From positions 19,629 through 83,628 of the forward strand of contig JAEWLQ010000113.1 of the NCBI GenBank assembly GCA_023457495.1: a stretch of 64,000 bases of DNA, written 5' to 3'. The position numbers and the translations under genes are program-made. Below are positions 37,707 to 45,828 of this stretch, piece after piece (within the stretch, counting starts at the first letter, position 1; the number at the start of each line of letters is the position of its first letter). Below the pieces are notes generated by a model. The model was not told where the DNA came from. It did not search any database and worked only from the letters and a program-made list of their open reading frames with translations. The DNA comes from Pseudomonadota bacterium (GTDB lineage Bacteria > Pseudomonadota > Gammaproteobacteria > Steroidobacterales > Steroidobacteraceae).

Positions 37707-38099
37707 ATGAAATTCACTCAGCAAGGTGCGCAGGGCGCGAACCTGATCCGCCGTTACGGCGCGGATTTCATCGCCATCGGCGAGGAAGAAATCCGCGCGA
37801 GTTGCATCGTGAGCGCATCCACGCTCACGCGCGACTGGCCGCCGCGCAGCGTCGAGGAATTGACTCCCGAACATTTCGCCCCGTTGTTCGCGCTCGCCCC
37901 GGAAGTCGTCGTGTTGTCGACGGGCGCCGCGCAGAAATTTCCGCGCGCCGCGCTACGGGCGGAATTCGCGACGCGGAAGATCGGACTCGAGGTGATGGAG
38001 ATCGGCGCGGCCTGCCGCACGTACAACGTGCTGGTCGGCGAGGAGCGCAAGGTGCTGGCGGCGATCCTGTTGCCGGGTCCCGAGAAGGATTCCGGGTGA
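37707..38099 (+). CDS. Mth938-like (DUF498/NDUFAF3-family) protein
   Basis: 130 aa. The pattern ...VVVLSTGAAQKFP...GLEVMEIGAACRTYNVL... is typical of the family. Confidence 0.6.
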   Translation: MKFTQQGAQGANLIRRYGADFIAIGEEEIRASCIVSASTLTRDWPPRSVEELTPEHFAPLFALAPEVVVLSTGAAQKFPRAALRAEFATRKIGLEVMEIGAACRTYNVLVGEERKVLAAILLPGPEKDSG

Positions 38100-38247
38100 A
38101 AGCACAGGGGGAGAAAGTTATCTAGCGAGGCCAATCTTTCGAAGCTGACAGACTCGATCAACTGGCGAATTTTTTCTTCTTCTGTTCGGCTTGTTCTTCT
38201 TGTTTCCGTGACTTCCCCGATCTCCCCTGTGCCTTCATCCGGAATCC
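38087..38247. repeat. 27-28 bp inverted repeat (arms ~38087-38114 and ~38221-38247) enclosing a 106-bp AT-rich core
   Basis: Arm1 is GGATTCCGGGTGAAAGCACAGGGGGAGA. The reverse complement of arm2 is GGATTCCGGATGAAGGCACAGGGGAGA, differing by 2 mismatches and 1 indel. The core is about 45-48% GC against about 68% in the flanks. Confidence 0.8.
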
Positions 38248-38440
38248 CTCGCGTCGTTTCGCGAACGGATGTCGGCGACCGGCGACATCAAAACATGTCA
38301 AATGCTGACTGACAAGCCCCGCGCTTCCTGTACCAACAATCCCCGGGAAAAATGGCCGCGCGCGGAAGTTGGTAAAACAATGAGTTAAGACGCGTTTCGC
38401 ATTCGAGAAATCACTCGAATTCCGTGCCGCAGCGTGCGGT

Positions 38441-39124
38441 TCAGGTGGTCCCGCCCAGCATCGGCACGAAGGACACCGCGCCCAGGACTTCACGTTCGAT
38501 GTGATCCCCGTTACGCGTGAAGCGCATCAGCAGCTGGTTTCCTTCGGGACCCACCGGCACGATGAGCCGGCCGCGGTTCGCAAGCTGCGCGAACAAGGCG
38601 TCCGGAACGGCCAGCGGCGCGGCGGCGACCAGGATGCCATCGAACGGTTTCTGCGAGCGCCAGCCAACGGTGCCGTCGCCATGTTTCACCATGACGTTCT
38701 TGATGCCGAGCTCCTTGAGCGTCGCCTTGGCGCGCTTGGCGAGCGGAGCGATGCGCTCGATGGAGTAGATCTTCTTCACGAGCGGCGCGAGCACGGCCGT
38801 CTGGTAGCCACAGCCCGTGCCGACCTCGAGCACCTTGCCCGGCTTGCGGCCGCCTTCGATCATCGCCTCCGTCATGCGCGCGACGATGTAAGGCTGTGAG
38901 ATCGTCTGGCTGAAGCCGATGGGCAGCGCGGTGTCTTCGTACGCACGCGACGCGAGCGCCTCGTCGACGAAGATGTGGCGCGGCACGTTGCGGATCCGGT
39001 CGAGCACCGCGAGGTTGGTGATGCCCTGGTCCTGCAGGCGCTGCACGAGGCGATCGCGCGTGCGCGCGGACGTCATGCCGATACCCGCGAGTCGATGTTC
39101 GTTCACGACCCGGGCCCGACCCAC
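38441..39124 (-). CDS. pcm: protein-L-isoaspartate O-methyltransferase
   Basis: SAM motif [16 protein letters not shown], in the surE-pcm order. Start may be Met17 (39076, [14 protein letters not shown]). Confidence 0.94.
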   Translation of the reverse strand: MGRARVVNEHRLAGIGMTSARTRDRLVQRLQDQGITNLAVLDRIRNVPRHIFVDEALASRAYEDTALPIGFSQTISQPYIVARMTEAMIEGGRKPGKVLEVGTGCGYQTAVLAPLVKKIYSIERIAPLAKRAKATLKELGIKNVMVKHGDGTVGWRSQKPFDGILVAAAPLAVPDALFAQLANRGRLIVPVGPEGNQLLMRFTRNGDHIEREVLGAVSFVPMLGGTT

Positions 39125-39867
39125 TCGCGCAGGCTGGCGAGCGTGGAGTGGTTAGTGAGGTCGACCGTGAGCGGCGTGACCGAGACGTAACCTTCCGACA
39201 CCGCGTGGAAGTCCGTGCCGGGCCCGGCGTCCTGCCCCGCTCCCGCGGGACCGATCCAGTACACCGGACGGCCGCGCGGATCCTCGGCCCTCATGAGCGC
39301 CTCTGAACGATGCCGGTTGCCGAGGCGCGTGACCTTGATGCCTTTCACCTGCCCGATGGGCAGATTGGGCACGTTGACGTTGAGGATGGCCGCGCGTCCG
39401 AGCGGAGTCGCAACCAGGCGCTCGACGATCACGCGGGCGAAATGCGCGCCCGTCTCGAAGTAACGCGTCGCATCGCCACGCAGGCCATCGGTGTTGAGCG
39501 AAACCGCCACGGCGGTCTTGCCGAGAAACCGGCCTTCCGTCGCCGCGGCCACCGTGCCCGAATACAACACGTCGTCGCCGAGATTCGAGCCATCGTTGAC
39601 GCCCGAAACGACCATGTCCGGCTCGAACGGGAACAGCCCCGAGATCGCCAGGTGCACGCAATCGGTCGGCGTGCCCTGGACGAAATACACGTCGGCGTCC
39701 GCCTGCTCGACACGCAGCGGCCGCTCGAGCGTGAGGGAATTGCTCGCGCCGCTGCGATTGCGGTCGGGCGCGACCACGGTCAGGTCGCCGACACCCTTGA
39801 GCGCTTCGCGCAGGGCGTTGATGCCGCGCGCGCGATAACCATCGTCGTTGGATATGAGGATTCGCAC
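39103..39867 (-). CDS. surE: 5'/3'-nucleotidase SurE
   Basis: Track ORF 39103..40695 trimmed to in-frame GTG giving [16 protein letters not shown]... (254 aa). The upstream 276 codons are Arg-rich junk antisense to the Smr gene. Confidence 0.93.
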   Translation of the reverse strand: MRILISNDDGYRARGINALREALKGVGDLTVVAPDRNRSGASNSLTLERPLRVEQADADVYFVQGTPTDCVHLAISGLFPFEPDMVVSGVNDGSNLGDDVLYSGTVAAATEGRFLGKTAVAVSLNTDGLRGDATRYFETGAHFARVIVERLVATPLGRAAILNVNVPNLPIGQVKGIKVTRLGNRHRSEALMRAEDPRGRPVYWIGPAGAGQDAGPGTDFHAVSEGYVSVTPLTVDLTNHSTLASLREWVGPGS

Positions 39868-39906
39868 CGGCGCGCAATATACTCGTTGCACACACGCGGA
39901 GGTAGC

Positions 39907-40479
39907 TTGAGCGCCAAACGCTCCCATCCGGACACAGACGCCGACAGCGAGCTGTTTCGCGAGGCGATGCGCGACGTGCGCCCGCTCGAAGATCGTGCGC
40001 GTGCGACGCCCGTGCGCCGCAAGCCGCCGGCGCGCGCGCGTTTCACCGCCGCGGATCGCGCGATGGTGCTCGTGGAAAGTCTGCAGGGTGTCCATGAAGA
40101 CTCGGGGGATTCGGGCGACGAGATCAGCTTCCGGCGCGCGGGCGTGCAGGACCGGGTCATGCGCAAGCTCAAGCGCGGCGAATACCGCGTCGAGGAAATC
40201 TGCGATCTGCATGGACTGCGCGTCGCGGAGGCGAAGACGGCGTTGCGCGGGTTCCTCGCCGAATCGCTGGCGCGCAACCTGCGTTGCGTGCGCATCATTC
40301 ACGGCAAGGGCATGGGGTCGGGTCCGCGCGGGCCGGTGCTCAAGACCGCGGTCAACATGATCCTGCGCAAGACGGGGCCGGTGCTGGCGTTCACCTCCGC
40401 GCGGCGCGTCGACGGCGGCACGGGCGCCATCAACGTGCTGTTGTCTAACCAGTCGACTTCTTCGCGAAACTCTTCTTGA
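39907..40479 (+). CDS. Smr (MutS2-related small endonuclease) domain protein
   Basis: Track ORF 39310..40479 trimmed to TTG at codon 200, preceded by GGAGG. The C-terminal Smr domain has [12 protein letters not shown]...IIHGKGMGS. Confidence 0.8.
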   Translation: MSAKRSHPDTDADSELFREAMRDVRPLEDRARATPVRRKPPARARFTAADRAMVLVESLQGVHEDSGDSGDEISFRRAGVQDRVMRKLKRGEYRVEEICDLHGLRVAEAKTALRGFLAESLARNLRCVRIIHGKGMGSGPRGPVLKTAVNMILRKTGPVLAFTSARRVDGGTGAINVLLSNQSTSSRNSS

Positions 40480-41221
40480 GCAACTGCCGGGTTTCCGGCA
40501 CCAGCCACATCTCGGCGCCCAGCGCGCCGAACTCGCTTTCGCGGATCGATGCGTGTTCGGGACTGCCGAACAACGACAGCAATCCGCCGCGCGCGAGCGC
40601 ACGCGTACGCAGCATCGCCTCCCGCGGCAGATTGGCGAACTCGCGCGCGACGGCGATGCCGCGTGCGACGACCTCCGCGGGCTCGGCAAGCTCATCGACG
40701 AGGCCGATCCGCAGCGCTTCGATGGGATCGACGAGCGCGCCGCGCGTCAGCAGCTGCGCCGCATGGCCGCCCGTCAGGCGCGCGAAGGCGCCGTGAATGA
40801 GGTCGCCCGGAAACAATCCCACCTGCACTTCGTTGAGTCCGATCCGGAACTCGCCGCGCGCCAGGATCCGGTAGTCGCCGTGGATCGCGAGCACCGTGCC
40901 TCCGGCCGGGCAATGCCCCGTCAGCGCGAACACCACGGGCACCGGACAATACGCGAGCGTCCGCTGGGCGCGGTACAACTCGACGAACACGGCGGTGAGT
41001 CCCTCGCGATCGAGCTCGAGCAGCGCGGGCACATCGAGGCCCGCGGAAAAAAGGCCGGGCTTTCCGCTGACGACGATGCTCGAGCTGTCGCGGGCGGCGC
41101 GTTCTATCTCGAGCCCGAGCTCGCGCAGCAGGTCGAGGTTGAGCGCGTTCACCGGCGGACGCGCGAGCCGCAGTTCGCGGATGCGGCCGTCTTCGTGGGT
41201 GATGTTCTGGATCATGGTCAC
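40445..41221 (-). CDS. enoyl-CoA hydratase/isomerase (crotonase) family protein
   Basis: 258 aa. Oxyanion-hole-like [13 protein letters not shown] and [10 protein letters not shown]. Confidence 0.82.
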   Translation of the reverse strand: MTMIQNITHEDGRIRELRLARPPVNALNLDLLRELGLEIERAARDSSSIVVSGKPGLFSAGLDVPALLELDREGLTAVFVELYRAQRTLAYCPVPVVFALTGHCPAGGTVLAIHGDYRILARGEFRIGLNEVQVGLFPGDLIHGAFARLTGGHAAQLLTRGALVDPIEALRIGLVDELAEPAEVVARGIAVAREFANLPREAMLRTRALARGGLLSLFGSPEHASIRESEFGALGAEMWLVPETRQLLKKSFAKKSTG

Positions 41222-42309
41222 TCGGCCTGTCCCTCGTCCCGGACCTCGGTGGTCGCGATGATCTCGCGAAGTACGGTCGTGGCAAAGCTCCCCGCGCCGA
41301 GCGTGAAGCTCAGCCGCAGCGCATCACCGTCGAACTCGTAGGACAGGTCGCGCACGCGCATGCGCAGCGCGCGGCGCTCGGCGTTCATGCCTTCGGCGGA
41401 GATCACGGCGAGCGCCTCGGGATAGGCCGCAGCCACGGATTGTTCGAGCGCGAGCGCCTCGCCCGAGGCGAGCGATTCACCCCTGCCGATGAGCGGCGCG
41501 GTCGGATGAATCTCGAGTCCGGCGCAGCGCGCCTCGAGCGTGGCATCGGGGATCGGCACGGCGAACACGCTGCCACGGCCGTCGAGGTTCGCGACATCGC
41601 CCGTCACGAGCCGGTCCCAGGCGCCGCGGCGGATCCGTTCGGCGAGAATCGCGTTGAACAAGAGGCTGCGCGCCGCCGACAGCATGAATCCGCGATCGTC
41701 GCGCCCGCGCCGCCGCGCGCGTGCATCTCGCGAATCCGCCGCCAGCCGGGCCGCGGCCGCGAGCACGCTGGCGAGATTCCCCGCATCGCGCCCGAAGCGC
41801 TGGGGGCCGAAGTAGTTGGGCACGCCGCCCGCGTCGATCCGTGACAGGCGCTCGGCGACCCTCGCGGAATCGCCCGCCAGGCCGCGTGCGATGATCGTGA
41901 AGCGGTTTCCCTCGAGTGCGCCGCGCGGCAGTTTGCGCTGATGGGCCGCCGCGGCGAGTACCTCGTACCCTTCGCCCGTGATGCCGGCGAACTCTTCCGC
42001 CGCGCGCTTGCCGCGCGGCACCGTGAAATGCTGCGTGGTGACGGCATTGCGATCCTTGAGCCCGGCGAAACCGACTTCGAAAGGCTTGCAACCCGCCACG
42101 CGCGCGAGCTCGCGCGCCACCCAATCGGTGTTGGCGCCACGTTTGCGCACGGTGAGCAGCGCGTGCGGTCCCTCGCCGCTCGCGACAAAACCCAGAATCT
42201 CATCGACCTGAAAATCTTCCGGCACCGCGCGCAACGTCGCGCTGCCGAGAGGCTCACCCCAGGCGGTCGGAGGATCGAGTGCCGCGAGCCGCCAGTGCTC
42301 CGGAATCAT
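41218..42309 (-). CDS. truD: tRNA pseudouridine(13) synthase TruD
   Basis: Trimmed to Met175 ([11 protein letters not shown]...). Catalytic [15 protein letters not shown] overlap with the ispF stop. Confidence 0.92.
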   Translation of the reverse strand: MIPEHWRLAALDPPTAWGEPLGSATLRAVPEDFQVDEILGFVASGEGPHALLTVRKRGANTDWVARELARVAGCKPFEVGFAGLKDRNAVTTQHFTVPRGKRAAEEFAGITGEGYEVLAAAAHQRKLPRGALEGNRFTIIARGLAGDSARVAERLSRIDAGGVPNYFGPQRFGRDAGNLASVLAAAARLAADSRDARARRRGRDDRGFMLSAARSLLFNAILAERIRRGAWDRLVTGDVANLDGRGSVFAVPIPDATLEARCAGLEIHPTAPLIGRGESLASGEALALEQSVAAAYPEALAVISAEGMNAERRALRMRVRDLSYEFDGDALRLSFTLGAGSFATTVLREIIATTEVRDEGQAE

Positions 42310-42794
42310 CCAGCCCGATCCGGCGCCGTCTCCAGCAACACGACGGCCTGCGCGGCCAGTCCCTCGCTGCGGCCCACGAAGCCGAGATGCTCGGTGGTGG
42401 TCGCCTTGATGTTCACCTGGTTCTCGGTGACGCCGAGCATCTGCGCGAGCGAGCGGCGGATCTCGAGCCGATAGGGCGAAACCTTCGGCGACTGCGCGAG
42501 CAGCGTGATGTCGACGTTGCCCACCTTGAGCTTGCGCACGCTCAGCATGTCGAGCACGGCCGCGACGAAACGCCGGCTCTCCGCGCCCTTCCAAACCGGA
42601 TCCGTGTCGGGAAAATGCATGCCGATGTCGCCGAGCCCCGCGGCGCCGAGCATGGCGTCGCACAACGCGTGCAGGACGACGTCGCCGTCGCTGTGTGCCA
42701 CGACGCCGCGCGTGTGCGGTATGCGCACGCCGCCGAGCACGATGGAACTGCCCGGCCCGAAGGCATGCACGTCGAAACCCGAACCGATACGCAT
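42306..42794 (-). CDS. ispF: 2-C-methyl-D-erythritol 2,4-cyclodiphosphate synthase
   Basis: Trimmed to Met41 ([12 protein letters not shown]...HSDGDV...). Confidence 0.95.
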   Translation of the reverse strand: MRIGSGFDVHAFGPGSSIVLGGVRIPHTRGVVAHSDGDVVLHALCDAMLGAAGLGDIGMHFPDTDPVWKGAESRRFVAAVLDMLSVRKLKVGNVDITLLAQSPKVSPYRLEIRRSLAQMLGVTENQVNIKATTTEHLGFVGRSEGLAAQAVVLLETAPDRAG

Positions 42795-43504
42795 CAGACC
42801 TGTTCTCCCGTTCGCGACGCGATGATCGCACGCGCGAGCGCGAGATCGTCGGCCGTGGTCACCTTGATGTTGTCCGTGCGCCCCGCGATGAGCCGCGGCG
42901 CGTGCCCTGCCCATTCCATGGCCTGGGCTTCGTCGGTTGGCAGCTTACCCACTGCCAGCGCCGCGTCGAGCGCGTCGCGCAACAGGCCCAACCGGAAAAC
43001 CTGCGGCGTCGCCGCGCGCCACAACCCGGCGCGATCGAGCGTAGCTTCGACGAAGGGGCGATCCACGCCCGCGGCGCCGCGCTTCAGCGTGTCCGCGAGC
43101 GGCATCGCCAGCAGGCCACCGACATCGTCGCCCGCGAGTTCTAGTTTGAGGCGTTCGAGATCGGCGCGCGTGAAGCAGGGCCGCGCGGCGTCGTGCACCA
43201 TGACCCAGTCGTCGGGGCGCGCGCGTGTCGCGAGCGTGCGCAGCGCGGACAGCACGGAGTGGGCGCGCTCCGCCCCGCCGGCCGCCACTTCGATGGCGCG
43301 CGGGCGCCGCGCGGAGATCAGCGGCCAGGTCGCATCGTTGGGCGCGATGGCGACAACGATGCCCGCGCAATCGGCATCCGCTTCGAAGGGCGCGAGCGCG
43401 TGCTCGATGACGGTGGCTGCGCCGAGCTCGGCGTATTGCTTCGGGATCGTCGCGGCGAGTCGCCGACCGCTGCCCGCGGCCGGAATCACGAGGTAGTAAC
43501 GCAT
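42794..43504 (-). CDS. ispD: 2-C-methyl-D-erythritol 4-phosphate cytidylyltransferase
   Basis: [13 protein letters not shown]-loop-like motif. 236 aa. Confidence 0.94.
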   Translation of the reverse strand: MRYYLVIPAAGSGRRLAATIPKQYAELGAATVIEHALAPFEADADCAGIVVAIAPNDATWPLISARRPRAIEVAAGGAERAHSVLSALRTLATRARPDDWVMVHDAARPCFTRADLERLKLELAGDDVGGLLAMPLADTLKRGAAGVDRPFVEATLDRAGLWRAATPQVFRLGLLRDALDAALAVGKLPTDEAQAMEWAGHAPRLIAGRTDNIKVTTADDLALARAIIASRTGEQV

Positions 43505-43534
43505 GCGGCGCGCAGCTTAACGCGTGCGCGACGA

Positions 43535-43861
43535 TCAGCGCGCGGCGGTTTGCGTGTGCGGAACCGGCTTGGGAGTGGTGCGCAACGAACGAATCGGCAC
43601 CACCTGATAGAAGGTTTCGTTGCGGCCGATCATGCCGAGCTCGCTGCGCGCGCGCTCTTCGATGGCCGCGAGTCCCGCCTTGAGGTCCGCGACTTCCGCG
43701 ACGAGCTGCTGATTGCGCTCGGCCGCTTCCGCGTTGTCCGCCTTCTGGCGCTCGACCGCCTCGGAAAGGCGCGCCAGCTCCCGCACCCCGTCGTCCGACA
43801 GCCATAGCCGGTACTGCAGCAGTACGACCGCGACGAGTAATGAGCCGGCGAGCCACTTCAT
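43535..43861 (-). CDS. ftsB: cell division protein FtsB
   Basis: 108 aa with an N-terminal TM (LAGSLLVAVVLLQYRLW) and a coiled-coil. Conserved position upstream of ispD. Confidence 0.9.
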   Translation of the reverse strand: MKWLAGSLLVAVVLLQYRLWLSDDGVRELARLSEAVERQKADNAEAAERNQQLVAEVADLKAGLAAIEERARSELGMIGRNETFYQVVPIRSLRTTPKPVPHTQTAAR

Positions 43862-43862
43862 A

Positions 43863-43890
43863 TTGTCACTAGACTAAACTAAACTAAGTT
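43863..43890 (+). promoter_or_regulatory. possible promoter/operator of the TA operon
   Basis: TTGTCA-N16-TAAGTT, with three perfect tandem ACTAA pentamers (about 43873-43887) in the spacer. It lies only about 4 nt before the GTG start, so the mRNA may be leaderless or the real start may be the second GTG (43910). Confidence 0.35.
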
Positions 43891-43894
43891 CACT

Positions 43895-44122
43895 GTGAAG
43901 ACCGGCAAAGTGAACATCCACGAAGCGAAGACCCACCTGTCGCGGCTCATCGAGGACGTGGCGAGTGGCAACGAATTCCTGATCGCCAAGGGCGGCCGGC
44001 CCATGGCGCGGCTCGTGCCCCTCGGCCGCGACGACATGCCGCGCCGCGCGGGCCTGCTCAGGGGCAAGCTTCGGATCGACGACGATTTCGAGCGCTCGTT
44101 CGACGCGCTGACGCCCTTGTAG
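43895..44122 (+). CDS. type II antitoxin, Phd/YefM-like (partner of PIN toxin)
   Basis: 75 aa. VNIHEAKTHLSRLIEDVASGNEFLIAKGGRPMARLVP plus a C-terminal DDDF motif. 25 nt upstream of the PIN gene. Confidence 0.85.
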   Translation: MKTGKVNIHEAKTHLSRLIEDVASGNEFLIAKGGRPMARLVPLGRDDMPRRAGLLRGKLRIDDDFERSFDALTPL

Positions 44123-44147
44123 GGGCGCCCTCCCCTACCCCGCCCAG

Positions 44148-44528
44148 ATGCGCCTGTTGCTCGATACGCAAATCTTTCTCTGGTGGCTTGTCGACTCGCG
44201 CAAGCTGGGCAAGGCAACCCGCGATCGCATCGAGGCCGCCGACGAGGTCTACGTCAGCGCGGCATCCATCGTGGAATGCGAAGCCAAGATCGCGGCGGGC
44301 CTCCTGGAGGCGGATGCGGCCGAACTCGCGGCCGGCATCCGCGCCAGCGGATTTCTCGAACTACCGGTGCGAGCACGCCCGGCCGCGGCGGCGGGTGATC
44401 TGAAACCGCAACCGGGCGTCGACTTCTTCGACCGCCTGCTCGTCGCACAGGCCATGACCGAGCCGCTGCGCTTTCTCACGGCGAATGCCGCCCTGCGCAA
44501 CTATTCGGAGCTCGTCGAGCTCGCCTGA
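44148..44528 (+). CDS. vapC: type II toxin VapC (PIN domain ribonuclease)
   Basis: 126 aa. N-terminal LLLDTQ (first acidic residue), SIVECEAK, and DFFDRLLVAQA near the C-terminus. Confidence 0.88.
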   Translation: MRLLLDTQIFLWWLVDSRKLGKATRDRIEAADEVYVSAASIVECEAKIAAGLLEADAAELAAGIRASGFLELPVRARPAAAAGDLKPQPGVDFFDRLLVAQAMTEPLRFLTANAALRNYSELVELA

Positions 44529-44556
44529 GGCGGTCATCGCGCACGCGACGACCGCC
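44529..44556. terminator. hairpin between convergent vapC and GG-leader peptide gene
   Basis: GGCGGTCaTCGCG-ca-CGCGAcGACCGCC, an imperfect stem of about 12 bp in the 37-nt spacer. Confidence 0.5.
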
Positions 44557-44565
44557 GAGATGCCC

Positions 44566-44865
44566 TCAGCGGATGCCGGTCACGTTGACGAACGTGAACT
44601 CCCCGTCGCCGCTCGTCAGCCGGATGCTCACCGTTCCCGAGGAGAGACTGCCGGACTGCGCGACGCTTCCGCCGCTGTTCTCGAACATGCGCGCGAGCTC
44701 GAGGATGTCCGCGGAACCAAGCGGGACCGTCATCGTCCCCGGTGGACCCCCCAGCCCATCCATCCAGCGCGAGATGGATTCCCAGAACCGATCCACCGCA
44801 CTCTTGCCTCCGGCGACTCGATCGATTTCGGGATTCGTGAGGGCAACGATTCCATTCGTTTTCAT
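44566..44865 (-). CDS. double-glycine-leader peptide (bacteriocin/microcin-like precursor)
   Basis: 99 aa. AAGGAG lies 5-6 nt before the ATG, and third-position GC is high in this frame. The leader MKTNGIVALTNPEIDRVAGG matches the GG-leader consensus at positions -1/-2, -4, -7, -8, -12 and -15. Confidence 0.75.
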   Translation of the reverse strand: MKTNGIVALTNPEIDRVAGGKSAVDRFWESISRWMDGLGGPPGTMTVPLGSADILELARMFENSGGSVAQSGSLSSGTVSIRLTSGDGEFTFVNVTGIR

Positions 44866-45020
44866 TTCAACTCCTTGTGAAATTGACTCTCGGATGAGCG
44901 GCGCAACTTACCGCGTCGAGTGGCGGTCCAGTGAGGGTCATACCTGGTCAATCACGGTCGAAACGTGAGCGTACTGGTGAGCCCCTCGTACAGCGATGAC
45001 CCGGCCGAGCCTGCTATGAG

Positions 45021-45620
45021 CTACTGGCCCAAAAACTCTCCTGAAACTTCGAGTCTCGACGCCGGCAGCAATTCATTGCAGCGCGCATCGGTATCCTGCT
45101 CGACATTCCATGTGATGCCCGATACTCCCGTGAGCCACGCACGAACTCGCTCGATATCAACCGCGTCGTGACTTTCCCAGATATTCGGCACTTCAGACCA
45201 GTCGCTGCGAAAGAGCCTCAAGCGCGTCAAAGTCAATGTCCGCGCAAGTTCCAGGAGTGATCGCATCTGCTCTGGAGACAGATGGGCGAACTTGTCGTTG
45301 AATGTCCCGGAACGCCCAATGGCTTCCTGATAGGAATAGTGATGAATAGTGCCGTCCGGGTAGACAGAGATCGCTCCGTCCTGGCAATTACGCGGACCGC
45401 GTACGAATACGTGCACCAGCCGACTGCGCTTGTATTCTGCACAGCGCGCCGCGGCATCAGGAGCTTGGCCTGACGACTGTGCGTCAACGCCTGGCGGACA
45501 GGCGGCTTCGAACGCATTTCCTTTGGTCCAAACGTGCTTTGTCGTGCCTGAATTCGAGCACGACGCCAATACGACGAGGCTCATCAGAGCCAGCATTCCC
45601 TGCACCCGGTCAAAATGCAT
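45021..45620 (-). CDS. lipoprotein of unknown function
   Basis: Track ORF 45021..45689 trimmed to Met24, with GGAG 6 nt upstream. Lipobox in MHFDRVQGMLALMSLVVLAS-C. Four further Cys. Gene GC is about 53-57%. Confidence 0.75.
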   Translation of the reverse strand: MHFDRVQGMLALMSLVVLASCSNSGTTKHVWTKGNAFEAACPPGVDAQSSGQAPDAAARCAEYKRSRLVHVFVRGPRNCQDGAISVYPDGTIHHYSYQEAIGRSGTFNDKFAHLSPEQMRSLLELARTLTLTRLRLFRSDWSEVPNIWESHDAVDIERVRAWLTGVSGITWNVEQDTDARCNELLPASRLEVSGEFLGQ

Positions 45621-45767
45621 GATCAACTCCTGGCGCCGCTTCCTTGAGCCCCTACCGCAGACTTCTTTGTCGTGATGGCCGTGCCCCATGACAGCAACAC
45701 GCCACCGAATCCATCAAGAAGGCAAACTACCAGAGTTCGACCCGTAACTCCGCCCGCACTTCTTCCC

Positions 45768-45807
45768 GAACACAAAAGAGAAAGGCCGGAGCCTTTCGGC
45801 CCCGGCC
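45768..45807 (-). terminator. rho-independent terminator after the M16 peptidase gene
   Basis: The minus strand reads GGCCGGGGCC-gaaa-GGCTCCGGCC followed by TTTCTCTTTTGTG, about 20 nt after the stop. Confidence 0.7.
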
Positions 45808-45828
45808 CTTGTCTTCCAATCGATCCAA

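Noticed and set aside
38158-38493. 111-aa minus-strand ORF in the pcm-downstream gap
   Set aside because: Its start lies inside pcm in a different frame. Composition is not protein-like for most of its length. Only the last 26 codons (MKAQG...KKKKFAS) have a Shine-Dalgarno, and these are discussed as a finding rather than called.
39103-40695. 530-aa ORF as an extended SurE, and 39310..40479 as a 389-aa Smr protein
   Set aside because: Each long ORF is the antisense shadow of the other gene over about 600 nt. Conserved N-termini ([10 protein letters not shown] for SurE; the Smr tail after a TTG with GGAGG) give divergent genes separated by about 40 nt.
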